Source of the DNA: Actinomycetota bacterium
Lineage (GTDB): Bacteria > Actinomycetota > Acidimicrobiia > Acidimicrobiales > Ilumatobacteraceae
Assembly (NCBI GenBank): GCA_016870295.1
Contig: VGBY01000001.1
Span: 1 to 47,124 of the forward strand
DNA: 47,124 nt
Direction of reading: 5' to 3'
Position 1 is the stretch's first letter. Each line of letters starts with the position of its first letter. Positions 9,246 through 18,891 of this stretch are shown here, one piece after another. The translations under genes were made by a program, and so were the position numbers. The notes under the pieces are model-generated. The model did no database searches. It had not been told where the DNA came from and worked only from the letters and a program-made list of their open reading frames with translations.

Positions 9246-10109
9246 CTAGTTTTTTTCGATGTCGCGGTGCGCTACGCGTGCCTGCACGCCACGATTGGCA
9301 AGACGCAAACTCAACGCTTCGGCGATTGCGACCGATCGGTGACGACCACCAGTGCAGCCGACGGCGATGGTGAGGTAACTCTTGCCTTCGTTGCGGTAAG
9401 CCGGAATCAACGACTCGAACAGCCCTTCCACGCGATCGAGGAAGTCCCGTGTCGCTGGTTGCTCGAGCACGAAGGCGCGCACGGGCGTATCGAGACCGCT
9501 CAATGGCCGCAGCGTCTCGTCGTAGTGCGGGTTGGGGATGAATCGCACATCGAATACCGAATCCACGTCGAGCGGGAGTCCATGTTTGAAGCCGAACGAC
9601 ACCACGGACACCTGCAACGTGTCGGGTAGGTCTTCGAACGAGAACAGCTCCGACATCTGCGTCTTGAATTGCGCGAGTTGCAGACCGCTCGTATCAATGA
9701 CCTTGTCGGCAAACTCGCGAACGGGTTCGAGCAGGTCACGTTCGTGCTCGATGGCCTCCGACACCGTGCCGGTCTCGCTGCGCAGCGGATGCTTGCGGCG
9801 TGACTCGGTGTAACGCTTCACCAGCGATTGGGTGGATGCTTCAAGAAACAGGATGCGCACATCGTGTCCGGCGCCGCGCAGACGCGGAACGAGCTTGACG
9901 GCGTCGGTCTGCTGTGATGTCACACCAATCACGAGCGCAAGCCGTGAGGATTTGTCGACCGACACCCCCGCCAACTCCACGAACTTGTCGACCAATTCGA
10001 CGGGCATGTTGTCAACGACGAACCAACCGAGATCCTCCAGGGCATCGGCGGCTTGCGAACGACCGGCACCCGACAAGCCCGTGATGAGCAGAATTTCGGC
10101 CACGAGCAA
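9246..10109 (-). CDS. rapZ: RNase adapter / nucleotide-binding protein RapZ (YvcJ family)
   Basis: Walker A GLSGAGRS near the N-terminus. Conserved C-terminal CTGGRHRSVA motif. 287 aa. Canonical position downstream of uvrC. Confidence 0.88.
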   Translation of the reverse strand: MLVAEILLITGLSGAGRSQAADALEDLGWFVVDNMPVELVDKFVELAGVSVDKSSRLALVIGVTSQQTDAVKLVPRLRGAGHDVRILFLEASTQSLVKRYTESRRKHPLRSETGTVSEAIEHERDLLEPVREFADKVIDTSGLQLAQFKTQMSELFSFEDLPDTLQVSVVSFGFKHGLPLDVDSVFDVRFIPNPHYDETLRPLSGLDTPVRAFVLEQPATRDFLDRVEGLFESLIPAYRNEGKSYLTIAVGCTGGRHRSVAIAEALSLRLANRGVQARVAHRDIEKN

Positions 10110-10112
10110 ACG

Positions 10113-11975
10113 CTACTGAGGCGGTGTGAACCGAGCGTGAACCTCGCGTGCCACTTCATTCGGCAACAACTCGCTGAGCCGTTCCAACGATGCCTCACGC
10201 ACTCCACCGATGCCGCCGAGTGCCTTGAGCAGGTTGTCGCGACGCTTCGGACCGAGACCTTTGATGCCGTCGAGTTCGCTCGCCTTCATGCGTTTGGCCC
10301 GACGCTCGCGATGGAAGGTATTGGCGAAGCGGTGCGCCTCGTCGCGCACTACCTGCAACATGTACAGCGCTTCGCTGCCGCGCGGAATGCGGATCGGCTC
10401 GCCGCGGTCGGGTACGAATACTTCCTCGAATCGTTTGGCGATGGCCGCCACGTTGATCTCGTCCTCGAGCCCGAGTTCGCGCAGCACCTGCACGGCCACT
10501 CCGAGTTGCCCTTTGCCGCCATCCACGAGCAACAGCTGAGGTGGGTAGGCAAAGCGGCCGGGCTTCTCCCCTCGTTCGTGCGCTGGGGCATCCCGCTCGG
10601 CGACGTACGCCGACAGACGGCGCGTCAGCACTTCGTACATGGCCGCGTAGTCGTCGTTGCCGTCGACCGTCTTCACCTTGAACTTGCGGTACTCGCGCTT
10701 TTGCGGAAGACCGTCCTCGAGCACCACCATCGACCCCACATAGTCGCTGCCCTGCAGATGTGCCATGTCGAAGCACTCGATGCGCAACGGAGCCTGGGTC
10801 AGCGACAAATGATCCTGCAACTCGGAGATGGCGCGACTACGCGAATTGTGATCACTGGCTCGCTTCAGTTTGTGGCGGATGAGCGCCTCGCTGGCATTCT
10901 TGGCGACGGTGGCCATCAGTTCGCGACGATCGCCACGCTGTGGGATGCGAACATCGACGACCGAACCGCGCCGTTCACTGAGCATCTGCTGGCACGCCGT
11001 GAGGTCGTCGGGCTCGATCGACACCATGACCTCCTTCGGCCAACCGAGAGCGGGCTCATCGGCGTACAAGTCGACGATCACTCGGCGCATCAGCGCTGCC
11101 GGGGTGAGATCCTCCGACTTGTCGATGACGAAGCCGTTACTACCGAGCACCCGTCCTTTGCGCGCATAAAAGACGTGCACACTCGCCTCAAGTTCGCTGT
11201 CAACGAGTGCGATGACATCAAAGTCTTCCCCGCGCTCACCCACCATCAATTGGCGTTCGAGCGCGCGGTCGATGGCACCGAGGCGGTCGCGCAGGCGTGC
11301 GGCTTCCTCGAATTGCTGGTCGGCGGCGGCGGTTTGCATCGCTGTTGACAGTTCGCCGCGGATGTCGTCCGTATCGCCGCCGAGAAACGTGACGAGCCCG
11401 TCCACGTGCCGCCGATACACATTGACTGGAACCTCGCCGACGCATGGGCCGGCGCATTTCTCGATGTGAAAGAGCAAACAGGGGCGACCCAGTCGTTCGT
11501 GTTGACGGAACTTGGCGGGCGAACAACTGCGCACGGGAAACGTGCGTAGCAGCGCATCCAACGTGTCACGAATCGCCCATGCATGGGCATAGGGTCCGAA
11601 ATACTTGGTGCCCTTGCGCTTGCGTCCGCGCATCACGACCGCGCGCGGCCATTGCTCGTCGACGGTGACGGCAAGAAAGGGATAGCTCTTGTCGTCGCGC
11701 AACCGAACGTTGAAGCGCGGACGATGTTGCTTGATGAGGTTGTACTCCAACAGCAATGCAGCGACTTCGCTATCGACCTCGATCCAGTCCACCTCGTTGG
11801 CGACGGCAACCATCGCGGCCGTGCGCGTATGCAAGAGCGCAGGATCAGCGAAGTAGCTCGTAATCCGCGACCGCAGGTTGGCAGCCTTGCCCACGTAAAT
11901 GATTCGTCCGTGCTCGTCCTTGAATTGATACGAACCAGGCCCTGTCGGGATCGTGGCGGTGTCTGGGCGTCGCAT
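10113..11975 (-). CDS. uvrC: Excinuclease ABC subunit C
   Basis: N-terminal GIY-YIG (GSYQFKDEHGRIIYVGKA...LRSR), a UVR domain (FEEAARLRDRL), an endonuclease V-like middle region and a C-terminal HhH region. 620 aa. Confidence 0.95.
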   Translation of the reverse strand: MRRPDTATIPTGPGSYQFKDEHGRIIYVGKAANLRSRITSYFADPALLHTRTAAMVAVANEVDWIEVDSEVAALLLEYNLIKQHRPRFNVRLRDDKSYPFLAVTVDEQWPRAVVMRGRKRKGTKYFGPYAHAWAIRDTLDALLRTFPVRSCSPAKFRQHERLGRPCLLFHIEKCAGPCVGEVPVNVYRRHVDGLVTFLGGDTDDIRGELSTAMQTAAADQQFEEAARLRDRLGAIDRALERQLMVGERGEDFDVIALVDSELEASVHVFYARKGRVLGSNGFVIDKSEDLTPAALMRRVIVDLYADEPALGWPKEVMVSIEPDDLTACQQMLSERRGSVVDVRIPQRGDRRELMATVAKNASEALIRHKLKRASDHNSRSRAISELQDHLSLTQAPLRIECFDMAHLQGSDYVGSMVVLEDGLPQKREYRKFKVKTVDGNDDYAAMYEVLTRRLSAYVAERDAPAHERGEKPGRFAYPPQLLLVDGGKGQLGVAVQVLRELGLEDEINVAAIAKRFEEVFVPDRGEPIRIPRGSEALYMLQVVRDEAHRFANTFHRERRAKRMKASELDGIKGLGPKRRDNLLKALGGIGGVREASLERLSELLPNEVAREVHARFTPPQ

Positions 11976-11987
11976 GGCCGGCGGGCT

Positions 11988-14831
11988 CTATGCGCGCAAA
12001 GCGTCGACGAGGAAGCGTCCGGTGTGGCTGCCCTTCACGCGCGCGACGGCCTCGGGAGTTCCTTCGGCGACGATGGTGCCGCCTCCATCGCCGCCCTCGG
12101 GACCGAGATCGATCAGCCAGTCGGCGGTCTTGATCACGTCAAGGTTGTGCTCGATGACGAGCACGGTGTTGCCCTGGTCAACGAGCCGCGCCAACACGAT
12201 GAGCAGGCGACGCACATCCTCAAAGTGGAGACCCGTCGTGGGTTCGTCCAACAGATATATCGTGTGCCCGGTGCTGCGGCGCGCCAGTTCGCTCGCCAAC
12301 TTCACGCGCTGCGCCTCGCCACCCGACAAGGTCGGTGCCGACTGACCGAGGCGCACATAGCCAAGACCAACATCGACGAGTGTTTGCAAGTGGCGGGCGA
12401 TACGCGGCTGGTTGGAGAAGAATCCGAGCGCCTCACTGATCGGCATGTCGAGCACTTCCGCGATGTTCTTGCCCTTGAAGCGAATCTCGAGGGTGTCCCG
12501 GTTGTAGCGCGCACCCTTGCACACCTCGCACGGCACGTACACGTCGGGGAGGAACTGCATCTCGATGCGGATCGTGCCATCGCCCGAGCACGCCTCGCAA
12601 CGTCCGCCCGACACGTTGAATGAAAAGCGTCCTGGTTGGTAGCCGCGCACCTTGGCGTCGGGCGTATTGGCAAAGAGTTTGCGGATGTCGTCGAACAGAC
12701 CGGTGTAGGTGGCGGGGTTCGAGCGCGGCGTGCGCCCGATTGGTGACTGATCCATATCGATCACCTTGTCCAGTTTGTCGATGCCGGTCACGCTCTTGTG
12801 GCGGCCGGGCGACTCCTTACTCTTGTAGATCTTTTGCATCAGCGCGGGCAACAGGATGTCGCGGACCAGCGTGCTCTTGCCGCTGCCCGAAACGCCGGTG
12901 ACGGCGACGAAACAGCCGAGCGGGATCCGCACGTCGATCTGCTTCAGGTTGTGTTCGCGCGCGCCCTTCACAACAAGTGCCTCGGTGCCGATGAGGCGTC
13001 GCTTCTTGGGCACTTCGATTTTCTGTTTGCCGGCGAGGTAGGCGCCGGTCACCGAATCCGCCACCTTCTCCACGCCCTTCACCGGGCCGCTGTACACCAC
13101 TGCCCCGCCGTGTTCGCCGGCACCCGGGCCGATGTCGACGATCCAGTCGCTGGCACGAATCGTGTCTTCGTCGTGTTCGACGACGAGAACGGTGTTGCCG
13201 AGGTCGCGCAAACGATGCAACGTGTCGATGAGACGGTGGTTGTCGCGCTGGTGCAATCCGATCGAAGGCTCGTCGAGCACGTACAACGTGCCGACCAGAC
13301 CTGAGCCGATCTGGCTGGCCAGACGAATGCGCTGTGCTTCCCCGCCCGCCAGCGTGCCCGCCGAACGCGAGAGCGTGAGGTAGTCGAGACCGACATCGAG
13401 CAAGAAGCCGAGACGAGCGTTGATCTCCTTGGTGATGCGCTCAGCGATGATCTTCTCGCGTTTGTTCAGGCTGAGTCCGGCCAAGAATTTTGCCGATTCG
13501 CCGATCGACATCTCACACACTTCGGCGATCGACTTGTCGTTCACCTTCACGGCGAGTGACTCGGGCTTCAAACGGGCACCCTTGCAAGCCGAACAGGGTT
13601 TCTCGCGCATGTAGCTCTCGTATTGCTCGCGCTGGTAGTCACTCTCTGCGCTCTCGTGCCGCCGCTTCAGCCACGGGATGACACCCTCGAACGTGGTGCT
13701 GTACTCGCGTACACGCCCGTAGCGGTTGCGGTACTTCACGATCACGTTGTCGCCGAGACCGTTCATGATGATCTTCTGTTGTTTGGCGGTCAGTTTCGCC
13801 CACGGCTTGTCGGTATCGATGCCTTCCTCCTCGGCGACCGCCTCGAGCATGCGCGTGAAGTACATCGTGTGGGCACTGCGCCATGGTGCGATTGCACCCT
13901 CGCTGATGCTGAGATCCGGGTCGGGCACGACGAGTTCGGAGTCCACCTCGAACGTCGTGCCGAGCCCCAGGCACTTGTCGCAGGCGCCATACGGAGTGTT
14001 GAACGAGAAGTTGCGTGGTGCGAGCTCTTCGTACGAGGTGCTGCACTTCGGGCACACCAACTGCTGGCTGAAATTGAGCACTTCGGCGACGTCGTCACCC
14101 TTGCCCATTACCTCGACGGTCGCCACCCCGTTGGCGAGCCGTAGTGCCGTCTCCATGCTGTCGGTGAGACGGCGCGTGATGCCGTCTTTGCGCACGAGTC
14201 GGTCGACGATCACGTCGATCGTGTGTTGCTCGTAGCGGGCAAGTTTCTTGCCGCTCTTTTGATGATCGGCGATGTCGGTCGTGAGCCCGTCGACACGTAC
14301 GCGGGTGAAGCCTTGCGCCAACAAGTCGGCGAGTAGCGAGTCGTACTCGCCCTTGCGACCGCGCACCACCGGCGCCAAAACCTGGAACCGAGTGCCCTCC
14401 TTCAACTCCAGTACTTGGTCGACGATTTGTTCGGGCGTTTGCTTGGCGAGCCGCGCACCGTCGTGCACGCAGTGCTGAATTCCCACCCGCGCGAAGAGCA
14501 GACGGAGATAGTCGTACACCTCGGTGATGGTGCCCACCGTCGAACGCGGGTTGCGTGACGCAGACTTCTGATCAATCGAAATCGCCGGTGACAGGCCTTC
14601 GATGACATCGACGTCGGGCTTGTCCATCTGTCCGAGAAACTGCCGTGCGTAGGCGCTGAGACTCTCCACGTAGCGACGCTGTCCTTCGGCGTAGATGGTG
14701 TCGAAGGCGAGGCTGCTCTTACCCGAACCCGACAAGCCGGTGAGCACGATCAGTCGATCACGCGGCAACTCGAGGTTGACGTTCTTCAGGTTGTGCTCGC
14801 GTGCACCGCGGATGATGATCGAGTCGGTCAC
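11988..14831 (-). CDS. uvrA: Excinuclease ABC subunit A
   Basis: Two ABC modules ([14 protein letters not shown] and [10 protein letters not shown]; signatures LSGGEAQR twice) and zinc-finger Cys pairs (CPKC...CDKC; CEAC...CEVC). 947 aa. Confidence 0.97.
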   Translation of the reverse strand: MTDSIIIRGAREHNLKNVNLELPRDRLIVLTGLSGSGKSSLAFDTIYAEGQRRYVESLSAYARQFLGQMDKPDVDVIEGLSPAISIDQKSASRNPRSTVGTITEVYDYLRLLFARVGIQHCVHDGARLAKQTPEQIVDQVLELKEGTRFQVLAPVVRGRKGEYDSLLADLLAQGFTRVRVDGLTTDIADHQKSGKKLARYEQHTIDVIVDRLVRKDGITRRLTDSMETALRLANGVATVEVMGKGDDVAEVLNFSQQLVCPKCSTSYEELAPRNFSFNTPYGACDKCLGLGTTFEVDSELVVPDPDLSISEGAIAPWRSAHTMYFTRMLEAVAEEEGIDTDKPWAKLTAKQQKIIMNGLGDNVIVKYRNRYGRVREYSTTFEGVIPWLKRRHESAESDYQREQYESYMREKPCSACKGARLKPESLAVKVNDKSIAEVCEMSIGESAKFLAGLSLNKREKIIAERITKEINARLGFLLDVGLDYLTLSRSAGTLAGGEAQRIRLASQIGSGLVGTLYVLDEPSIGLHQRDNHRLIDTLHRLRDLGNTVLVVEHDEDTIRASDWIVDIGPGAGEHGGAVVYSGPVKGVEKVADSVTGAYLAGKQKIEVPKKRRLIGTEALVVKGAREHNLKQIDVRIPLGCFVAVTGVSGSGKSTLVRDILLPALMQKIYKSKESPGRHKSVTGIDKLDKVIDMDQSPIGRTPRSNPATYTGLFDDIRKLFANTPDAKVRGYQPGRFSFNVSGGRCEACSGDGTIRIEMQFLPDVYVPCEVCKGARYNRDTLEIRFKGKNIAEVLDMPISEALGFFSNQPRIARHLQTLVDVGLGYVRLGQSAPTLSGGEAQRVKLASELARRSTGHTIYLLDEPTTGLHFEDVRRLLIVLARLVDQGNTVLVIEHNLDVIKTADWLIDLGPEGGDGGGTIVAEGTPEAVARVKGSHTGRFLVDALRA

Positions 14832-14840
14832 GTGGTCACG

Positions 14841-16886
14841 CTAATTCTTCGGCTTGCCTTCGCGAACTTCGCGCCGCAATTCGCGAATCTCGTCGCGCAG
14901 ACGGGCCGCCTGTTCGAAGTGCAGGTCGGCGGCCGCCTGGTGCATCTCTTCTTCCAACGTTTGGATGAGCCGTTCAAGTTCGCTCGCGCCGAGAGCCTGC
15001 AGGTCACGGATCACCTTGTCGCGCTCGCGTGAGGTGCGGCGACCTTTGCCCGGGTACGGGGCGGTCTCGTCCGGTCGCAGGATGGAGAGGATGTCCCCTA
15101 CCGCCTTGCGGATGGTCTTGGGTTCGATACCGCGTTCCTTGTTGTAGGCGATTTGCTTCTCGCGTCGCGCATTGGTGAGCGCGATGGCTGACTCCATAGC
15201 GGCGGTGCGTTTGTCGGCATACATGATCACTTGACCGTCCACGTTGCGTGCCGCACGACCGATGGTTTGAATCAACGAGGTTTCGCTGCGCAAGAAGCCT
15301 TCCTTGTCGGCGTCGAGAATTGCGACGAGCGACACCTCCGGCAGGTCGAGACCTTCCCGCAGCAGGTTGATGCCGACGAGCACGTCGAACTCGCCAAGTC
15401 GCAGAGCCCGGAGAATTTCGATGCGTTCGATCGTGTCGATATTGGAGTGCAGGTAGCGCACTCGCAAGCCTTGCTCGAGGAGGTACTCGGTGAGGTCTTC
15501 GGCCATCTTCTTGGTCAGTGTGGTGATGAGCACGCGGTCGCCCTTTTCCACGCGCTGTCGCACGTTGACGATGATGTCGTCGATCTGGCCCTTCGTGGGC
15601 TTCACGATGACCTCCGGGTCGACGAGTCCGGTGGGTCGCACGATTTGCTCCACCACCTGTGTGGAGTTCTGGAGTTCGAACTTCGCCGGCGTGGCCGACA
15701 TGAACACGCACTGGTTGACCCGCTCGAGGGTCTCTTCGAAGCGCAACGGACGATTTTCCATCGCGCTCGGCAGACGGAACCCGTGTTCGACGAGGGTGCC
15801 CTTGCGGGCGCGGTCACCGGCGAACTGGCCGTACAACTGGGGCACGGCGACGTGGCTCTCGTCGATGACCAGGAGGTAGTCGTCGGGAAAGTAATCGAGC
15901 AACGTGAAGGGCGGCTGGCCGGGCGTGCGACCGTCGATGTGCATCGAGTAGTTCTCGATGCCGTTGCAGTAGCCCATCTCCTGGATCATCTCGATGTCGT
16001 ATCGCGTGCGCATGCCGAGGCGCTGGGCCTCCAGCAATTTCCCGTCGGCATTGAACACGACCAGCCGGTCGGCAAGCTCGGCCTCGATTCGTTCGATTGC
16101 CACACGCATTCGATCCTCGCCAGCCACATAGTGCGTGGCGGGAAAGACGACGATTTCGGTAGGCGACGAAAGCGTCTCGCCGGTGACGGGGTCGACCACG
16201 GTGATGCGATCGACCGTGTCGCCGAACATCTCCACACGGGTGACACACTCCTCGTACGCGGGATGCAGTTCGATGGTGTCGCCGCGCACGCGGAAGTTGC
16301 CGCGGCCAAGTGCCGTGTCGTTGCGTTCGTACTGCAGATCGACGAGTCGGCGCAGAATGCTCTGCTGGTCGTAGTCGACGCCCTGGTGCAACTCGAGCAG
16401 GTGACCCTTGTATTCGTCGGGGTCACCCATTCCGTAGATACAACTCACGGAAGCCACCACGATCACATCGCGCCGCGTGAGCAATGCCGCAGTGGTGCTG
16501 TGACGTAGTCGATCAATCTCGTCGTTGATCGACGAGTCCTTCTCTATATATGTGTCACTCGACGGAATGTACGCCTCGGGCTGGTAGTAGTCGTAGTACG
16601 AGACGAAATACTCAACCCGGTTGTTGGGGAAGAACTCGCGCATCTCCTGTGCCAACTGTGCCGCGAGGCTCTTGTTCGGGGCGAGAATGAGCGTCGGCCG
16701 CTGCACACGCTCGATCGTCCACGCAATCGTCGCCGACTTGCCGGAGCCGGTGATACCGAGCAGCGTTTGAAATCGATCACCGCGTTCGATGCCGTCCGCC
16801 AATTGGGCAATTGCCTCCGGCTGGTCGCCGGCGGGCTGGTACTCGCTCTCCACCTTGAAGGCGTGTTTGGCGCGCGTGTCGACCAC
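14841..16886 (-). CDS. uvrB: Excinuclease ABC subunit B
   Basis: Helicase motif [13 protein letters not shown] box, helicase C motifs and a C-terminal UVR domain ([11 protein letters not shown]). 681 aa. Confidence 0.97.
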   Translation of the reverse strand: MVDTRAKHAFKVESEYQPAGDQPEAIAQLADGIERGDRFQTLLGITGSGKSATIAWTIERVQRPTLILAPNKSLAAQLAQEMREFFPNNRVEYFVSYYDYYQPEAYIPSSDTYIEKDSSINDEIDRLRHSTTAALLTRRDVIVVASVSCIYGMGDPDEYKGHLLELHQGVDYDQQSILRRLVDLQYERNDTALGRGNFRVRGDTIELHPAYEECVTRVEMFGDTVDRITVVDPVTGETLSSPTEIVVFPATHYVAGEDRMRVAIERIEAELADRLVVFNADGKLLEAQRLGMRTRYDIEMIQEMGYCNGIENYSMHIDGRTPGQPPFTLLDYFPDDYLLVIDESHVAVPQLYGQFAGDRARKGTLVEHGFRLPSAMENRPLRFEETLERVNQCVFMSATPAKFELQNSTQVVEQIVRPTGLVDPEVIVKPTKGQIDDIIVNVRQRVEKGDRVLITTLTKKMAEDLTEYLLEQGLRVRYLHSNIDTIERIEILRALRLGEFDVLVGINLLREGLDLPEVSLVAILDADKEGFLRSETSLIQTIGRAARNVDGQVIMYADKRTAAMESAIALTNARREKQIAYNKERGIEPKTIRKAVGDILSILRPDETAPYPGKGRRTSRERDKVIRDLQALGASELERLIQTLEEEMHQAAADLHFEQAARLRDEIRELRREVREGKPKN

Positions 16887-16895
16887 GCGGCAAGG

Positions 16896-17549
16896 CTACG
16901 AGTCGGGTGAGGCCGACATCCGACCAGCATCGGGCCTGGCGGGTGGCAGTGAACACATCCACTGCCAGGCCTGCGACACCTGACGGGCGAGGTCGAGTCG
17001 CGTACCCGAATTGTCGATGATCCAGTCCGCCGCGGCGCGTCGCTTGCCGCGCGACGACTGGCGGGCGACACGGGCGCGCGCGTCTTCCTCGCTGAAGCCT
17101 CGTTGCGCCACCAACCGGGAGACGGCGATGTCCGGGTCAAGGTCAACGACCAATACGCCGCACAAACCAGTTCGTGGATTTTCGATCAGGAGGGGCACGT
17201 CGAGCACCACGACGGAGTTCGTTGCGCGGCGGGCGTCGATCTGGCGCATCATCTCCCGCCCGACGGCCGGGTGCACGATGGCGTTCAACTCGGTGAGCGC
17301 TGGCTGATCACCGAAAACACGCGCCGCGAGTGCAGCCCGATCCAGATGTCCGCTCGCAGACAGCACTTCGGAGCCGAATCGCTCGACGATGCGTCGCAGC
17401 ACCTCCTGGCCGGGCATTTGCAGTTGTCGCACGATGACATCGGCGTCGACGATGATCGCGCCATGCGCGGCGAGTTGTGCCGACACGACGGATTTGCCCG
17501 CCCCAATACCACCTGTGAGACCGACGAGGATCATCGGTTCACCATGCAA
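16896..17549 (-). CDS. coaE: Dephospho-CoA kinase
   Basis: N-terminal GLTGGIGAGKS P-loop. 217 aa. Conserved actinobacterial position between rpsA and uvrB. Confidence 0.88.
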   Translation of the reverse strand: MHGEPMILVGLTGGIGAGKSVVSAQLAAHGAIIVDADVIVRQLQMPGQEVLRRIVERFGSEVLSASGHLDRAALAARVFGDQPALTELNAIVHPAVGREMMRQIDARRATNSVVVLDVPLLIENPRTGLCGVLVVDLDPDIAVSRLVAQRGFSEEDARARVARQSSRGKRRAAADWIIDNSGTRLDLARQVSQAWQWMCSLPPARPDAGRMSASPDS

Positions 17550-17558
17550 ACACGTTGG

Positions 17559-18827
17559 TTAGGTGTTGGGCTGACTTTCGGTTTGGTACATGTCACCCCA
17601 CGCGGCCTCGCGCGAAGCATCGTCGGTGCCGACCCAATTGCCCTGTTCGTCGGCCTTGAACTGGTCGCGATACTCCGGCGCAAGTTCGCCACCTTCGGCG
17701 GCTTGCTTGATGGAGAGACTGATGCGGCGACGCGCCAAATCGAGATCGATGATCTTGACCCACAGTTCTTCGCCGGGCGTGACCACCTGCTCGGGCGCTT
17801 CAACATGGTGCGTGGACATCTCCGAGATGTGCACGAGACCTTCGATGCCGTCGCCCACTTGCACGAACGCGCCGAACGGCACGATCTTGGTGACGCGCCC
17901 GTAGACCAACTGGCCAACCGCGTGCGTCGTGGCGAACGCCTGCCATGGGTCTTGTTGGGTGGCCTTCAACGACAAACTGATGCGCTCACGGTCGTTGTCA
18001 ATCTCGAGCACCTTGACGTCGACTTCGTCACCGATCTTCACGATGTCGGCCGGATTGTCGACGTGCTTCCACGAGAGTTCCGACACGTGGATGAGACCAT
18101 CCATGCCGCCGAGATCGACGAACACGCCGAATGCGACGATCGACGAAACGCGACCCTTGCGCACCTCGCCGACCTTCAGGTTGACGAGGAAACCGTCACG
18201 GCTCTCGCGCTGTGTGGCTTCGAGCACGGCGCGGCGAGACAGCACCACATTGTTGCGGTTGCGGTCGAGTTCGAGGATCTTGGCCTGAATCTTTTGTCCG
18301 ACGTACGGCGTCAGTTCCTTCACGCGACGCAGTTCGACGAGGGATGCCGGCAAGAAACCGCGCAACCCAATGTCGACGATGAGTCCGCCCTTCACCTCTT
18401 CGATGACGAGACCTTCGACGATGCCGTCCTCATTCTTGATGCGCTCCACGTCGCCCCACGCGCGCTCGTACTGCGCCCGCTTCTTGGAGAGCAACAGGCG
18501 ACCTTCTTTGTCCTCGAGCGTGAGCACGAGCGCCTCGATCTTCTCACCGAGCTTCACGATGGTGGCCGGGTCGACGTCTTGGCGAATCGTCAGTTCGCGG
18601 GCGAGGATGACGCCCTCGGTCTTGTAACCGATTTCCAGCAGCACTTCTTCGCGGGTAATCCGCACGACGGTGCCGCTGACGAGCTTGCCTTCTTTGATCT
18701 CGACGAATGTTGCGGCGATCTCGTCGGCGAAGGAAGCGTCTCGCTCGGTGACTTTACGTGGAACGTAGTTGCCGCTTGGATCGAATGAGCCCATCGCGGA
18801 AGATGGGGTGAGAGTGGTGTCGGACAT
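17559..18827 (-). CDS. rpsA: 30S ribosomal protein S1
   Basis: Four tandem S1/OB repeats (G.V..I...G..V.IG...G..H.SE pattern is repeated). 422 aa. Confidence 0.95.
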   Translation of the reverse strand: MSDTTLTPSSAMGSFDPSGNYVPRKVTERDASFADEIAATFVEIKEGKLVSGTVVRITREEVLLEIGYKTEGVILARELTIRQDVDPATIVKLGEKIEALVLTLEDKEGRLLLSKKRAQYERAWGDVERIKNEDGIVEGLVIEEVKGGLIVDIGLRGFLPASLVELRRVKELTPYVGQKIQAKILELDRNRNNVVLSRRAVLEATQRESRDGFLVNLKVGEVRKGRVSSIVAFGVFVDLGGMDGLIHVSELSWKHVDNPADIVKIGDEVDVKVLEIDNDRERISLSLKATQQDPWQAFATTHAVGQLVYGRVTKIVPFGAFVQVGDGIEGLVHISEMSTHHVEAPEQVVTPGEELWVKIIDLDLARRRISLSIKQAAEGGELAPEYRDQFKADEQGNWVGTDDASREAAWGDMYQTESQPNT

Positions 18828-18891
18828 TGGTTGCTTTCGGTGGATAGGAAGAGTAGGGATAGGACATTTCCCGCTTGGTTGGGCGGACAGG

